The translations under genes and the position numbers were made by a program. The notes under the pieces are model-generated. The model worked only from the letters and a program-made list of their open reading frames with translations. It searched no databases and was not told where the DNA came from. Positions 12,953 to 26,515 of a stretch of DNA of 64,000 nucleotides are shown piece after piece (position 1 is the first letter of the stretch; each line of letters starts with the position of its first letter). Origin of the DNA: Lepidodermella squamata. Taxonomy: Eukaryota > Animalia > Gastrotricha. The stretch covers positions 1,116,001 through 1,180,000 of the forward strand of contig JBLDXI010000019.1 in NCBI GenBank assembly GCA_047495785.1, read 5' to 3'.

Positions 12953-15250
12953 TCAGCTTGGAAGCATTAGCTTTTCGATTGCAGCAGTGAGCCTGATGCA
13001 GTCAGCGAAGGAATCTCCCACCAGCCTCAGTGCAGTCGTATAGTAAAATTGAGCAGCCTGATAATGAATAAATTAACGAGCCAGTCTATAAATGAGATAT
13101 CCCAAAAATTACCGAAGTTTTCACCGTGTAAAGCCCGCAAAGAGCAGTCCCATCAAAATTTGGCATGTTGATATGCCCGAGGTCTTCAGAACGGAGCCAA
13201 GCCAGAACATCAGAATTAGTCCAGCTCTTTATTTTCTTATCGATATCTGAACCATGCATAGGCAAAGGCACAGACGAACTATCAGAAGTGGAAACGAGTT
13301 GAGTGACCAAAGTCTTCAGCATGGTACAGCACTCGCAAGGTCCAGCTGATTGGGTATTAACGTTCGGTTTGCTGGCGATTTCTTCATGTTTGGTAGTTTC
13401 CGAAGCTTTTATCGGGTATAATGGCTTATTATCAGCGTCCATTTTCATGTTCGTAACACTGCGAATTTCCTCGAATAATTTACCGCTGACATCTTCCCAA
13501 GGGTACTTCTCCAACGAAAAGTCAACATATAATCTCGCGCCAAGGATGATACCCAGCCAACCAGTTGGCGCGTACCTAAGCCATACATTTTAAAAATTAT
13601 TAAAAAAATCGAGGTTAATTACCTGTATTGCATATTTACAGGAACTAATGGCTTTCCCAATCGGAAAACGTACTCCGCCTCAGTTCGGCACATATTGCTA
13701 AGCTTGTAATACTCGCTGTAGCAAATCAAAATTAAATACGCGTTTTCGACACCCTAAAATGTCAATTAATAAAATCTGCCTTTAACTTTGTCTGACAAAC
13801 TTTAGCCATTGCTTCTACGGTATTGTTGTGCATGTGATCTACATCCATCCAAATTTTATAGCCCTTGTCAAGGAGGAGCTGTCGAATTCTCAGCGCTGTC
13901 TCCTGATTTTTCCAGCAGTAACTTATGAAAATGTGCCCTTCTTCCTTGAGATTTTTGCCATCTCCATCAGTAGGCTCGCTAATGCCGACCGTTTTCAAGA
14001 TACCTTCCTGGCCAACTTTTATGCAATCAAAAGCTTGGCTAGCCTTTATTCTTAGCGCAGGATCTTGTGACTTTTTAACAACTTTCTCCATAAAGCCATT
14101 GAAATTTTCATTAGCGAGGACTTGAAGCCGAATGTCATTGTTGAAAGCCAATGCCCATAGACAATCGATAGCGCGGCTGACTTCCAATTCGTCCTTCGAA
14201 TGTAACATTTCGACAAGCAGAGGTAGCGCGCCCGACTGAGCGATTTTTGCTTTATTATCGTCATTCACGGCCAGATTTGCCAGACTTTGAGCGAGTTCTT
14301 CGACTGAAAAGCCAAGATGAGAATGGTGCTCAGCCCTCGAAATGTCGTCTTTGCTCAATGCCATTTCCAGACATTTCACTAATTTCGAAATTATACCTGA
14401 AAATCCGAAAAATTTACTGTTAGTTTTGAGCAAATGGCATGCTTTTATACCGGACTCGTCTAGAAAAGCAGCAGCTGCTTTTGAATCACTCAGCATACAA
14501 GATATCGAACAAAGAGCGGAAATTTGCCAACTTTCCTCTTCCCAATTAAAATAATATTTCACAACCTGAGTAATAAACTCTTATTTTTTTATGATTTTTT
14601 TATTAAAAATCAAACCTCAACGGCATTCACGGCTTCGTAGTACTCCTTTGATTCAGGCATTTTCGCAATGTTGTGTATAATGTATAAATTAGTTGATATA
14701 AATGAATGCCGTTCGGCGTTGCTTCGATTGCTTTCAGATCCAACATTTTGAACCAGAGTTGGGATCAAATTACGATCAACGAACAATCGGCAAGCATCTT
14801 GACTGACGTCTGATGCTGTGCAAATGGTCGCGAAAACGATTTGCGCTCCATTTTCGGGTTTCACCTATGGGCAATTTTTTTTATTTAATTTGAACCATAG
14901 GTAGATGGATGATAAAATCTGCCGAACCTCTGTTGAAATTCCAGGCCAGCTACTAATGTAAACGCCGACATCCACCAAAAAATCTGAAAAATTGAATTTT
15001 CACAAAAATTTTGAAAAAAGCAAAACAACCAGGTCAAACCTAGATATTTTATTTTACAAAACATATCGCAGATTGCTTTTCGAACGGGTTTCGGTTCTTC
15101 ACTCAACGAAACGTAGATCTTTCGGGCTGTCGCCAACGGTGGGATGGTAAAAAACCCGGCGACCTTGTTGTCATGATGATCGCAAATCGACATAACTTTC
15201 TCGGCGAGGCCCCTGAAATGCTCAACCGTTTGCTTTGTAGCTTTGTCCAT
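12953..15250 (-). CDS. ARM-TIR-SAM protein A (multi-exon)
   Basis: ARM-like repeats (SGALPLLVEML, DCLWALAF). TIR: HIFISYCW..WMDVD..SNMCRTEAEY..GWLGIILG. SAM-like WTNSDVLAWL..FDGTAL. Confidence 0.88.
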
Positions 15251-15300
15251 GATTATTAAATTTCTAAAAATTTATTTGTTAAAATGCATAATTTTTCCAG

Positions 15301-17433
15301 CTAATTACCAAGTAAATGTTCGAGAGAAGCAGTGATTTTAACGCAGTCTATGAAAGAACCATCAAGTAATTGCAACACCGATTTATAATAGAGGTCTATA
15401 ACTGAAAATTTCATGTTATATAAACCAATCAAAGCGTGTCCGTCGAATTGCCCAAACGCACTCGTTAAAGTTTCCATCTTCTCAGCAATCAGCCATTTCT
15501 CAACGTCAGAATTTGTCCATTTACGCACTTTTGCAAAATTGGCACCTTCTGGAGGGTCAAGCTGGACCTTTCGGCTAAACTTTTCGGCTAATAGAGATTC
15601 GAGAAGGCTACAACGCCGACAAAATTGCCCTGTATCGTGAGAATTAACGTCGATTTGAGGTTTTTTAGGCGCTGAGGTTGTTAAAACATTCTGATGATGA
15701 ACTTCCACAGGTTTCTCAACTTCTTGGGAAAACTCGGCTTCAAGTTGACGAATTTCTGTCAACAGACGGTTCGAAACTTTTTCAAAGCTGTGCTTCTCGA
15801 GTGAAAAGTCAATGTAGAGCTTGGTTCCAAGGATAATTCCCAGCCAGCCGGTAGGGAAATACCGATACTGCATGTTGATAGGAATGAACGGTTTGCCCAG
15901 TTTGAATACGTATTCCGCTTCACAACGGCACATGTTCGAAATTCGGTAGCTTTCCGAGTAACAAATCAGCACAACACTCGCGTTTTCAACAGCCTGAGCC
16001 ATGGCCTCCAACGTGCTGCCTCGCATGCGGTCAACATCGACCCAAACCTTGAAGCCCTGATCTAAGAGTAGTTGGCGAATTTGTAGAATAACATCTTGCT
16101 GTTTCCACGAATAACTTATGAAAATGTGCTCATCTTTCGCGGCTTTTTTCTCATTTTTAGCCTCGCTTTTCTCAATAAGACCTTCCTTGCCGAGTAGAAT
16201 AAAATCACGAGCCCGCTCAGCTTTCATTTTCAGCTGTTCGTTTTTCGTGCTTGACATAATTTCGTTCAACTGCTGAACGACGTCTTGCCTTTCCTGGTAC
16301 AAATTACTGCAAATTCAAAAAATTTCGAAGATGGCGAAATCTACCTTAATTTTCGAGCGAATTTCATCGCTGAAAGACAACGTCCAAAGGCAATCTATAG
16401 CGCACCATTGCTCGATCTCTTGTTCCTCAAGTTCATTTGGCGAATCGTGCGGTAGAAGCATTTTGTACAGGTCATCAATCGTGTCGCCGTCAATGATTTT
16501 CATTTTATTGTCATCATTCACGGCCAGAACAGCCAGGCTTGCTACCAGCTCTTCGGCAGAAAAGCCGTTCGACGTGTGATCATCACTAGACATAGCTTCG
16601 TGGAGGCATTGGGTCATTTTCGGAATTATCGAATATTCATCGAGTAAGTCGTTGGTAGCGGTTGTTTCGCTGAGTAAACAGGCGATGGAACAGAACGCGC
16701 TCACCTGCATTTTCTCGTTAGGAACCGCGAAATAATGCTTCAGAGCTTCGATAGCCCCTGCTTCTTCAAATTGCTGTCGAAGTTCGGCTATTTTTGCAAT
16801 GTTATGAATTGTCGATAGCGCATTCGATACAACGCGCTGCTCCATATCGTTGGACAAGCTCAATTTAGCAGTATCGGATTTTATGTATTTCACAAGAACA
16901 GGTAGCACTCCCTTTGCAGCAAATACCTTCGAAAAAACCGATTTTACTTTCGAATAAAAAATATTACGCTAAACCAACTTTTGCAGTTTCAAGGCTTGCG
17001 TCGCTAAACATGCAAATCAAAGCCATAGCACACTCTTTGTGAAAAAGGCGAGAGCGAGCAGGATCTTTCTCCCATCGGAACACGTAGCTGACTGGATTCT
17101 TGTCATTCATTACGTAAATCAAGGATTTAGCGAGAAATTCTTGGTAAAGCAATTAAACTGAAATTGCTCGAAAAATGGGGCTATTTGAATCTTACCGTTG
17201 AAACCGGGGACGGTTTTATCTTCAGCTATAAGCTTCCTCCAAGGGCGCCATTTGAAATATTTGGTGTAGAAGTCCATATGCAATAGGACGGCTTTGGCGG
17301 TGCTGTAAAATTTTGCAATGTCGATCTTTCCGCCGCTACTGGAAATGGTTTTCAGCACTAATGAAGCCATTTTTCGAAAGTATTCCACAGCCTTATCCTG
17401 CGTCCATTCAGCATCGCCATCAGCGTCACCCAT
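15301..17433 (-). CDS. ARM-TIR-SAM protein B
   Basis: ARM-like exons (IHNIAK, DCLWTLSF). TIR: HIFISYSW..WVDVD..CRCEAEY. SAM-like WTNSDVEKWL..FDGHAL. Confidence 0.9.
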
Positions 17434-17505
17434 TTTCAATTTTTTTAAATCCTAAGAGATGAAAAGTCATTTATAGAAAATTTCAAATAATTTATGTAAA
17501 AAAAT

Positions 17506-19887
17506 CTAGTTTGCTGTATCCTCCAAAGCAGCCGTGAATTTAACTGTTAGAGGGAAGGAGTCGTTGCACAAACGTAGCACAGTTTTGAAAAATAAATCAG
17601 GCGCCTGAAAATAATTTTATATAAAAGGCCGTAAGTTCATTTTTTGTTCAACTTACGGAACTTTTCATATCACGAAGACCTGCCAACGCTTGGCCATCGA
17701 AGTCGCCGAAAGATTTAATCAAATCATCAGGAAAATCTTTACTTCGAAGCCATGACCCAACTTGTGAGCTTGACCAGCAATTTTGATTTACAGCTTTGGA
17801 ATCGCTTCTTTGGGATTTTTCAACTGAACTGAAGCTTTCGTTAGCTTCGAGTAACGATTTCGTAAGAGCTTCGACCAAGCCGTAGAGCTTGTCGACTTTT
17901 TCGGACAACTGTCGACAATCGCTACAATTTGGTTTGTCGACTGAACTCGGAATAACAGCCCCGCTTAAATTTGATGGTCGATTCGAAGGCTTTATTGCTG
18001 TTTGATTGGCTTCGCCTCGCTCAAGTACACTAATTTCCTCTAATAATTTGTAGAAAACATCGTTGAATGGCCGTTTCTGAAGTGAAAAATCGACGTAGAG
18101 CCTCGCGCCGATAATAATCCCTAACCAGCCGTCAGGTTGATAGCGGTACTGAAAATTAACTGGAATGAACGGTTTTTGAAGTCGGAAAACGTATTCAGCC
18201 TCAGTTCGGCACATATTTGAAACTCGATAGTCCTCGCTGTAGCAAATGACAACGACGAAAGCTTTTTCTACCGCATTAGCCATAGCTTCCAAGGTTGAAC
18301 CATGCATTCGGTCGAGATCGAGCCAAACATTATAGCCGTTTTCGACTAGAGCATCTCGTATTTTGACGACAATTTCCTGCTGTTTCCAGCTGTAACTCAG
18401 GAATACGTGGCCGTCCTTACGGTTGATGATTGCTTCAGACCTTTTGGCATCTGCCTTGGCTATCATCCCGTCTTTCCCTAATTTTATGAAGTCCAACGCA
18501 TTCCGAGCTTTCGCCTTCAAATCGAAGTTATCTTCATCTTTCGTGATTTCTTCCAGATTGCTCATGCATCCAGAATGCTCGACTAGAATTGATTTTCTCA
18601 CTTCTTCGTTGAAAGCTAGCCGCCACAGGCATGTGATGGCTCGGTCTTTGAGGACCGCATTTTGCGTAAGCATGTTATTCAAATTTGGCAACATTCCGCA
18701 AGTTAAAAGCTGCAAAAATATTATGTAAAATTTATCACAGGAAGCAGTGAAAATCCACCTTAATTTTGTTCTCCTCATTTATTGCCAAATTAGAGAGGAC
18801 GTCTGTCAATTCCTCCGCTGAGTATCCGCGATAGGCTTTCCTTAGCTTCTTCTTCATCGCTTTAGAAACGTAATCGACCAGTCTTGGAATTATGTCTGAA
18901 GATGAAAATTTCGAATTATAGGACTAATCTGAAAACTGAATAAATTACTGTATTCGTCGGCGAAGCTGTTAGCGTCTTTGTCATTTAGGATATAGGACAA
19001 AACACTGAGGGCTGTCATTTGCGCTCGAGGTTCTGTTTCGTCGGGCAGGTAGAATTCCAATATTTCAACTGCATTGCATTGCTGGAATCTTTCCCTGCAT
19101 TCTGTCACTTTTGCAACATTATGAGAAATCGACAGGCTTTGAATTGCCAAGCGAAAGTGAGCCTGCAAATGATTTTGTTAAATTGGAAATTATGTAAATA
19201 TATCGTTGAACTCACGGCTTTTTTCAAATTCGACTTGATTTCGTTATCATTCAGAATTTCCATTAATTTGGGGATGATCCCATTTTCTGCGAAAAACTTT
19301 ACACAAAATTGATTACTTGGAATTTGAATAGGCTAGAGATTACCTTGCTAGCCCGATAGCTGCAATCGGTAATGACTACTACGACCCGAAGCAAACTAAT
19401 CGCATAAGTCATATCGCTGAGATAATCACATTCCTTGACGGCTTGAAGAATCAACTCTGAAATATTCATGAAATAATTTTATGGAGAAAATGTGATAGTT
19501 TCAATTACCCATGAAATCAGTCCCGCATATCCCTTCAATTGCAGGGACCCGCCACGCTCTCGCCCATGAACTCATCGAGTTGCAAATTCTTCGATAGACG
19601 AACGACGTGAATGCAAAACGAAGCCTGTTTTGATCATCAGCCGGCTTCGATGCGACCATGGCTGAGATTGCATCAGCCCTGTGACGTAATTCTTCGATCG
19701 CCTCTTCCTTCGAATGTACTTCGGACGTTTTCTTCAACCCAACGCCAAATTTGGTCAATAAATCATCGGCATCTTCTTCCTCCAAGTCTTTCGCTGAAAT
19801 TGCTGGTTCTTGTGATTCGGCTGAAATTTCTTCGGCGTCGAATAGTTCATTGTTAGGCTCCTCCGATTCTTCAACACTGGATGCCAT
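17506..19887 (-). CDS. ARM-TIR-SAM protein C
   Basis: Acidic N-terminus MASSVEESEE, ARM-like exons. TIR: HVFLSYSW..WLDLD..CRTEAEY. SAM-like WSSSQVGSWL..FDGQAL; last exon APDLFFK..AN*. Confidence 0.88.
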
Positions 19888-19936
19888 TATATAAATAGTA
19901 TTCACCTAGAAAATTTAATTTCATTCAAAAAAGATA

Positions 19937-22078
19937 TCACGAAGAATTTTCGCTCACAACAACAGGTAAACGTTCAAGAGATTCAGAAAACTTCAAAACA
20001 TCAACAAGCGAATTATCAAAGCACTTTGTTAGCGAGGAATAAAATATTTCTGGTGATAACGTTTTCATCTCGTAAATCACAGATAAATGCCGCCCTGTCA
20101 TGTCCTTCAGCAAGCTAGAAATTCGAAAATTACTAGATAGAGATTGGGTTTCAAGCCATTTTTGAACGTCCTGACCGGTCCATTTGTCAAGTTTAGATTT
20201 CAGGTAGGCGATCGACAGCAATTTTCGCCCCGCTCCACTTCCAGGCAACGAAATTTCCAGCTGTTTTTGTTTAGGTGGATCGACGATTTTCGCAGCTGAG
20301 TGAGTCGAAGGTGCTTCTTCGTTCTTCGAGTTCGATAGCAAGCCATTCATCTCAGTTAGCATTTTAGAGATCGCTTCTTCAAACGGGGTCTTCACCAGGG
20401 ACATGTCAACGTAGAGCCGAGCTCCAAGAATCAACCCTAACCACCCGTCAGGTCGATAACGTCGCTGCATATTGACCGGAACGAAAGGTTTTTGAAGTTG
20501 AAAAACGTACTCAGCCTCAGTTCGGCAATTCGGGCTCTGTTTATAATCTTCGCTGTAGCAAATCAGAATCAGGCGAGCTTTCTCGATAGCAGATGCCATT
20601 GCTTCTAGCGTGGATCCTCGCATTTCGTCAACATCCATCCAAGTTTTGAAGCCTTTGCTCTTCAAAACATCGCGGATTTTTATGCAAGTTGGTTGGTTTT
20701 TCCAGCAGTAACTAATGAATATGTGCCCGTCATTCGGCGAAGGCACAGCCGATTCACTGCTTTTTGATAAGTTTTTCTTGCCATTTTCGATGAAATTCAG
20801 AGCCTTCGAGGCTCGAAGACTAAGACTCGGCTTGCTTTCATCCGCAGCTAGTTCCTTCAGTTTCTTCAGGATGGATTGGTTTTTTAGAATTTGCAGGCGT
20901 TCGTTTTCACTGAAAGAGAGTGTCCACAGGCAATCAACGGCTCTGAGCTGCTCTTTTTCTTCATTCGAATTCAAAATGCGATCTAGAACAGGTAGAATTC
21001 CCGCGGCGATGAATTTCGGTTTATTGGATTCGCAGATCATTATTTGGTTCGCCCCATCAGCCAATTCTTCGACTGAAAAGCCGAGGTACTGATGATTCTG
21101 AATGCTCATAGCTTCGTCCATGAACGCTATCAATGTCGGGATTATTCCTGGAATAAAAATGAAAAAGAATCATAAATCGAGGGGCTGGGCATTTCGAGCC
21201 TAAAGTTGAATTTTTAACATTGAATAACTTTTCGAACCGTTTTCATCGGCGAATTTCGCGCTGTCTTGCTCGCTGGAAATGCTGGCGATCAGCATAAGAG
21301 CCATACATTCCCAGACCTTCTGCTTGCAAGTCAAGTAGAACTTCGCAGTATCCACAAAATTCAGCTCGGCCAACTTTTGCCGACATCCCGCGAAACGTGC
21401 GATGTTATGGGGAGTTCCTATGTGGTTTTCTATCATTCGATTGACTTCAGCCGAATTTTCGATCATTTTGCGCAGCTCAGGGCTATTCAGAACCTGGCTG
21501 CACCACTTGAGATACGCATCGCCCTCAAAAGCCATGCACATCGAGAAAGCTTCGCTGAAATTGGACCAAGTTACAGCTATCGAGGATAGATAATATGCCC
21601 ACATGAGCATTGATTTCGAAGTCGGCAACTTGCCGATATCAAACCATTGAACACATCTCGCTAATACCAGTGGCAAATCGTGACTAACTGCTTGGGAATC
21701 AATGATTTCCTTCCTGTGTGAAGTGATTTCCAAATAACTGCACATGAAGATCGATTTCACGACGTGGCGAGCTTCGATATTTTCCAGCAGATCTTCCTTA
21801 GTTTTGGCAGCCCGGTCTACGCATGCGCCAAGGTCTTGAACTAGTTTTTCGAAGGTAGCAACGCCAGTGTTAGATTCACTCAAACCGCCATTTCTCAGCG
21901 AACCTAGAGCTGACTGGAGGCGATCGCGGTCGAATGCGTAGAAATCAGTTGGAGGTGAGTCAATTGACGCGGAACTGGTAGCTTTGGGTGATTTCCCAGA
22001 ATTCGAATGGTCACTTCCTTCTCGGTTTGATTGAATAGTTTTCTTCGATGGAATCACGTGCGATTTTTTTTTATTCAT
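19937..22078 (-). CDS. ARM-TIR-SAM protein D (two exons)
   Basis: ORFs 21200-22078 and 19937-21133 are joined by a phase-1 intron. TIR: HIFISYCW..SPNCRTEAEY. SAM-like WTGQDVQKWL. Confidence 0.9.
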
Positions 22079-22202
22079 TTTTTGATAATTGAGTCACCTA
22101 AAACAATAGATTTACTCATTAAAACAGCAGCCGGAAAATAAAAATTGCACAATATAAATTGCATCGGGTATCGAGTATATCATCGGGTATAATTTGGCAG
22201 CT

Positions 22203-25200
22203 CTAATCGTCATCCCACAGGCGATCAAGGGCGCCTAAAACTCTCAGTAAGCCCTGCAGAGGCCCGTTGTAGTGTTTCGATACTGTTTTATAGTAAAACT
22301 CTGGGGCATTCGATTTCATGGAATGCAAAGTCTGAAGCATATCGCCGTTGAAATCGTCAAAAGCGTGTCCAAATCTAAAATCAGAAAATACTGATTTTGC
22401 CGAAATCAAAATTCGAAACTCACTCGGACAATTTTTCGCTTTCAAGCCACTTGGCGACTTCCTCTTTCGACCAAGTATTGCACTTCAATTTTCGTACGGA
22501 TCTTGGTCTCTCTTCAATCGGATCGTGAACAGCAGTACTGTGCCCGCCTCCAATCGCCTGCCGAGGTTGGGCGGGTTCAGTAGAGGGTTGCTGCGATTCT
22601 GAATTCGATGAAGGTGGCGCCTCCAAAGACCCGAAGGCTTTTATTTCTCCGATCAACATTTCGAAGGCGGTGTCAAATGTCCGCTTCTGAAGCGACATGT
22701 CGACGAATTTTCGCGACCGAACCATAATTCCAAGCCATCCATCAGGGAAATAGCTTGAAAAATATCAGGAATTCAAATAAAAAGACTAATGAATTTCCAT
22801 TCTTTACTGGTATTCCAAATTAACAGGAACAATCGGTTTGCTGAGAGCATGAGCGTATTGCGCTGGACGATTGATAAGAGGTTCAGAGCAAATTAATAAA
22901 TTTAGGTTGATTAATCACCTTCAGTGCGACAGGGGTTACTTTGCTTGTAAGAGTTCGAGAAGCAGATCAGTACAACGGAAGCTTTTTCAATCGCATCAGC
23001 CATTGCTTCAAGCAAATCTCCGTGCATTTTGTCAATGTCCATCTAGATATAGGTAAGATATATTTATATAATAGATTTTCTCAAATTCAAAGATGGAGCT
23101 AACCCAAACTTTGAAATTATTTTTCATCAGTTCTTGTCTGATTTTCAAAACAACAGCCTGTTGTTTCCAGCTGTAGCTGATGAAAACGTGGCCACCATTA
23201 GGCGAGGCCGACTTCCGGCCGCCACTGTCTTCGTTCGAAGCCTCAGCCTCGGCAACTTTGACGACCCATTTTTCAATAAAAGTCAACGCTTTCGTTGAGT
23301 TCCGGCGCACATCAGCCGAGGTTTCGGCAGAACTGCTGAGTTTCCGCATTTGACCCATAAAATCATACTGGCTTTTCAAAATTTGGTTTCGAGCCGATTC
23401 TTCGAAGCTCAATGTCCATAACAGATCAACGCCAAGATTTTGCAGATTAGCTTCGCCAGTCTTCAGCAAGTAATCAATGACTTCCTCGACCTTATTTTCC
23501 ATTAAGGTGGATTTAATCGAATCGTTAACTGCGATCAAAGCAAGTCCCTCGATCAGTTCTTCCAGCGAGTAGGCGCAAGACATAGTTTCAGCGCCCCTCA
23601 CCAGTATATTGCAGTATCTGTTAGTATCTTCCATTGCTCTTTTCACATATTTTACTAGATGAGGTACAACATTCTGCTCGTGAGCCATTTGTGCCGCTTC
23701 AGGTGTATCGCTGAGAATGTGGGCCAAACACAATATCACGAGGGATTTCGTTAAATCGGACATATTTAGATATTCCCTGAGAATCTAAAACGAAAATTTG
23801 CCAAATGTTCACGATATTGTAGCCAAGTTACATTAACGGCATCGTATTTGATGAAATCGCCTCGTAATTCGATACTGCGGGATATGTTGTAAGTCACGTT
23901 CAAAAGAACGAAATCCAGATACTACGAGCATAGATGAATGCTGAAAACTGAATTTATTAAAGATTAAAAATGCTCACTGTATCTTTTGAGCTCAGGTTTC
24001 TTTCCGCTTTTTTCCGCTCGTTTAAATGATCCAGCAAGAGCTTTATGACGCCAGCTTTTCCCAAATCCTGCATTCATTAAGCTGAATTAATGCTTCAATC
24101 GGTAAAAGATAACACACGATTCGAAATTGCGGGCAGCAATCTGTAAAATTCCATAGACCAGATACTAAGGCGAGGCTGCAGTGATAATTTTCTGTTACAG
24201 CGATCCCATTTTGAATGTAGAACTGCAGGTATTTAAACACAATATCTGGAGAAAATACCAAATGATAAGCTTTCAAAGGCTTTGCAGTTGGGAAAACAGG
24301 TCAGACCTGCGTATTTTTCACTCAACAGAGCATCGAGCAGATCTTGCTTCCAAATTTTGTATTGCTGATAACTGGTGCTCATCAAGTTGAGAACAGTGGC
24401 GATTTCGCGACTAGCCATTTTATCAGGAGTGAGCTCGGCATGCTTCGCCAAAAATTTCACTCGAATTTCCGTCTCGCTTTTGATGTCACTCCTTGCGACG
24501 AAGTTCGAATTCTTCTTGGTACAGAAACCCTGCTTCGGAACGAAAGGACCATACGCATCGGCTTCATCCTCTTTATTCTGGAGACGTCTCTGCCAAGCAT
24601 CGTATTCGTGGTAAAACTCCCTTATACGGACGCTCCTGCGAACATCCTCGAATGTGAGATCACCAGTCGTCTCCGACATTTTATAAACGGCCATAGCCCA
24701 ACCTTGACTCATAGAATGCTTGCAGTAACTCCGAAATAGCAGAGAGCCGATTTCTTGATCAGTTTCATCAGGGCTCGAAACGAATGTCATAACAAATTGA
24801 ATAAGATTTTTCTTGGCAAATATGTCTTTCTCTTCGAATTCGCCACGAGCCACATCACGCCGAACTTTCCACAACAAGCAGTAGTAAGCATTAGCGATTT
24901 GTGACACATCGAAACTCATATAATAGTCGTCCTCGCTATTTTCTATCGCCTTTTCGATGCCGTGTTGTAAAACTGAGCTCAAAGCAGCAAAATTATCGAC
25001 CAAAAAATCGCCGAGACCAACTCTCGCCAAGCAGAACGAGGCGCAAAACCTGACAGCTTTATTGTCAACGCCGCTAAGTTTTTCCAGAACCTATATATTA
25101 TTATAAATAATTTCATTGGCTAAAATTTTATTTCAACTCACTTGTTGAGCCTTCGTCGCCCTTATTTTTTCAAAACTACCAGCTTCAAGAGTCAGTTGAT

Positions 25201-25885
25201 TGATTACATTCAAAACTGACTTCACAACGTGCCATTTTTGCTTTGGAAAATTATTGGAATAAATACAATTAATTTTTCAGGACCAAATCCTAACCGGTGG
25301 ATATTCCTCGGGTGGGGTTTTTTCTGCAATATGCTCGAGAAAATAACAAACAGTTTCCAAATATTCGACCAGAAGAGGTAGAATGCCGCTATCGAGGAGG
25401 CTCTGTAGGTTAAAATTCATCAAAATCGCCGCAATTTCGGGGCTAATATTACATCTTTAAACGCAGAAAACTTCGAGTAGTTGAACAATGAGTTGAACAA
25501 ATTAATGGAAAATTTGTAAGTCGCATCATCCGTTGTTGGTCCAACGTCGAACAAGTACTTGGCTAGCGTGATAGACAAATCTATTTAAATATACCATCTT
25601 AATAAAAAAAACTAGTTCGAATGATCATTTACCGACGTATTTGCCATCAACTAGCACCTGTGCAACATCTGTGTCCCAGTTATTCCAGTCAAAATAAGAT
25701 CGGCTAATTTTCCACATAACGGCTCTTGACTCAGCATTGACAGGTCCATTTTCAAGTAGAGCGCATTTTTCCAAAATCGAGATGCGCCTTCTTGTTTCTT
25801 CAATGCATTCTTCAGCCGTGGTAAAGCTAGCGTTATCATTAGCGATATCGCCACCCAAATCAGGGGTGGGAGTGGGGGATTGCAT
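22203..25885 (-). CDS. ARM-TIR-SAM protein E with extended/duplicated N-terminal helical region
   Basis: Spliced frame from MQSPTPTP through ORF 24233-25030 to the ARM exon 23032-23763. TIR: HVFISYSW..W|MDID..SNPCRTE|AQY. SAM-like WSKEEVAKWL..FNGDML. Confidence 0.82.
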
Positions 25886-26515
25886 AGTTATAAAAACTGT
25901 GCCTATACAAAAAAATATTGCCACTAAATAAGCCAGATATTATCGCTTTTTACTTCATCATCATTCCGAAATTTACAGCGTTCGCTATTCGGTTAATTAT
26001 TCATGATAGCCGATTCGTTTTTTACGTGTGCGGTCAACCGATCAATAATTTTTTTGGCTCATGGTTTTGCAAGGATCGCCAGGTCACTGCGCGTCTTTGT
26101 TTACCCAATGGGCCTATTTGCGAGCAGGCGATCGCCAAGGATAGAGACTACCAAAGTTGCGCAATGTGTATGTGTCATTCTATCCTCGAAGGTAAACAGG
26201 TATTAAGGTGCTAAGTAAGCAAATGGGTACATCAAAAGACACTGCCGCTGCGGTTTCCACAGCTCCGCCCATGTCACATAAAGCAATATAAATATCAGGA
26301 TATGAGCTCTCAATTTCAACACTTCAAAGAAATCAAGCACGCGTATGAATATCTAATGTTCGCGCTATCGCTTCAAAAGTCACTGGAGGGTGGTGACGCA
26401 AGCTGAATCTTAATAAGGCAAATCGCCACGTTGCCTCACAGTCAAAGTTACACCTTAACGCACGCGTCTCACGGAAAACGATATTACTAGAGCTGAAACA
26501 ATAAAAAGCGGAACG

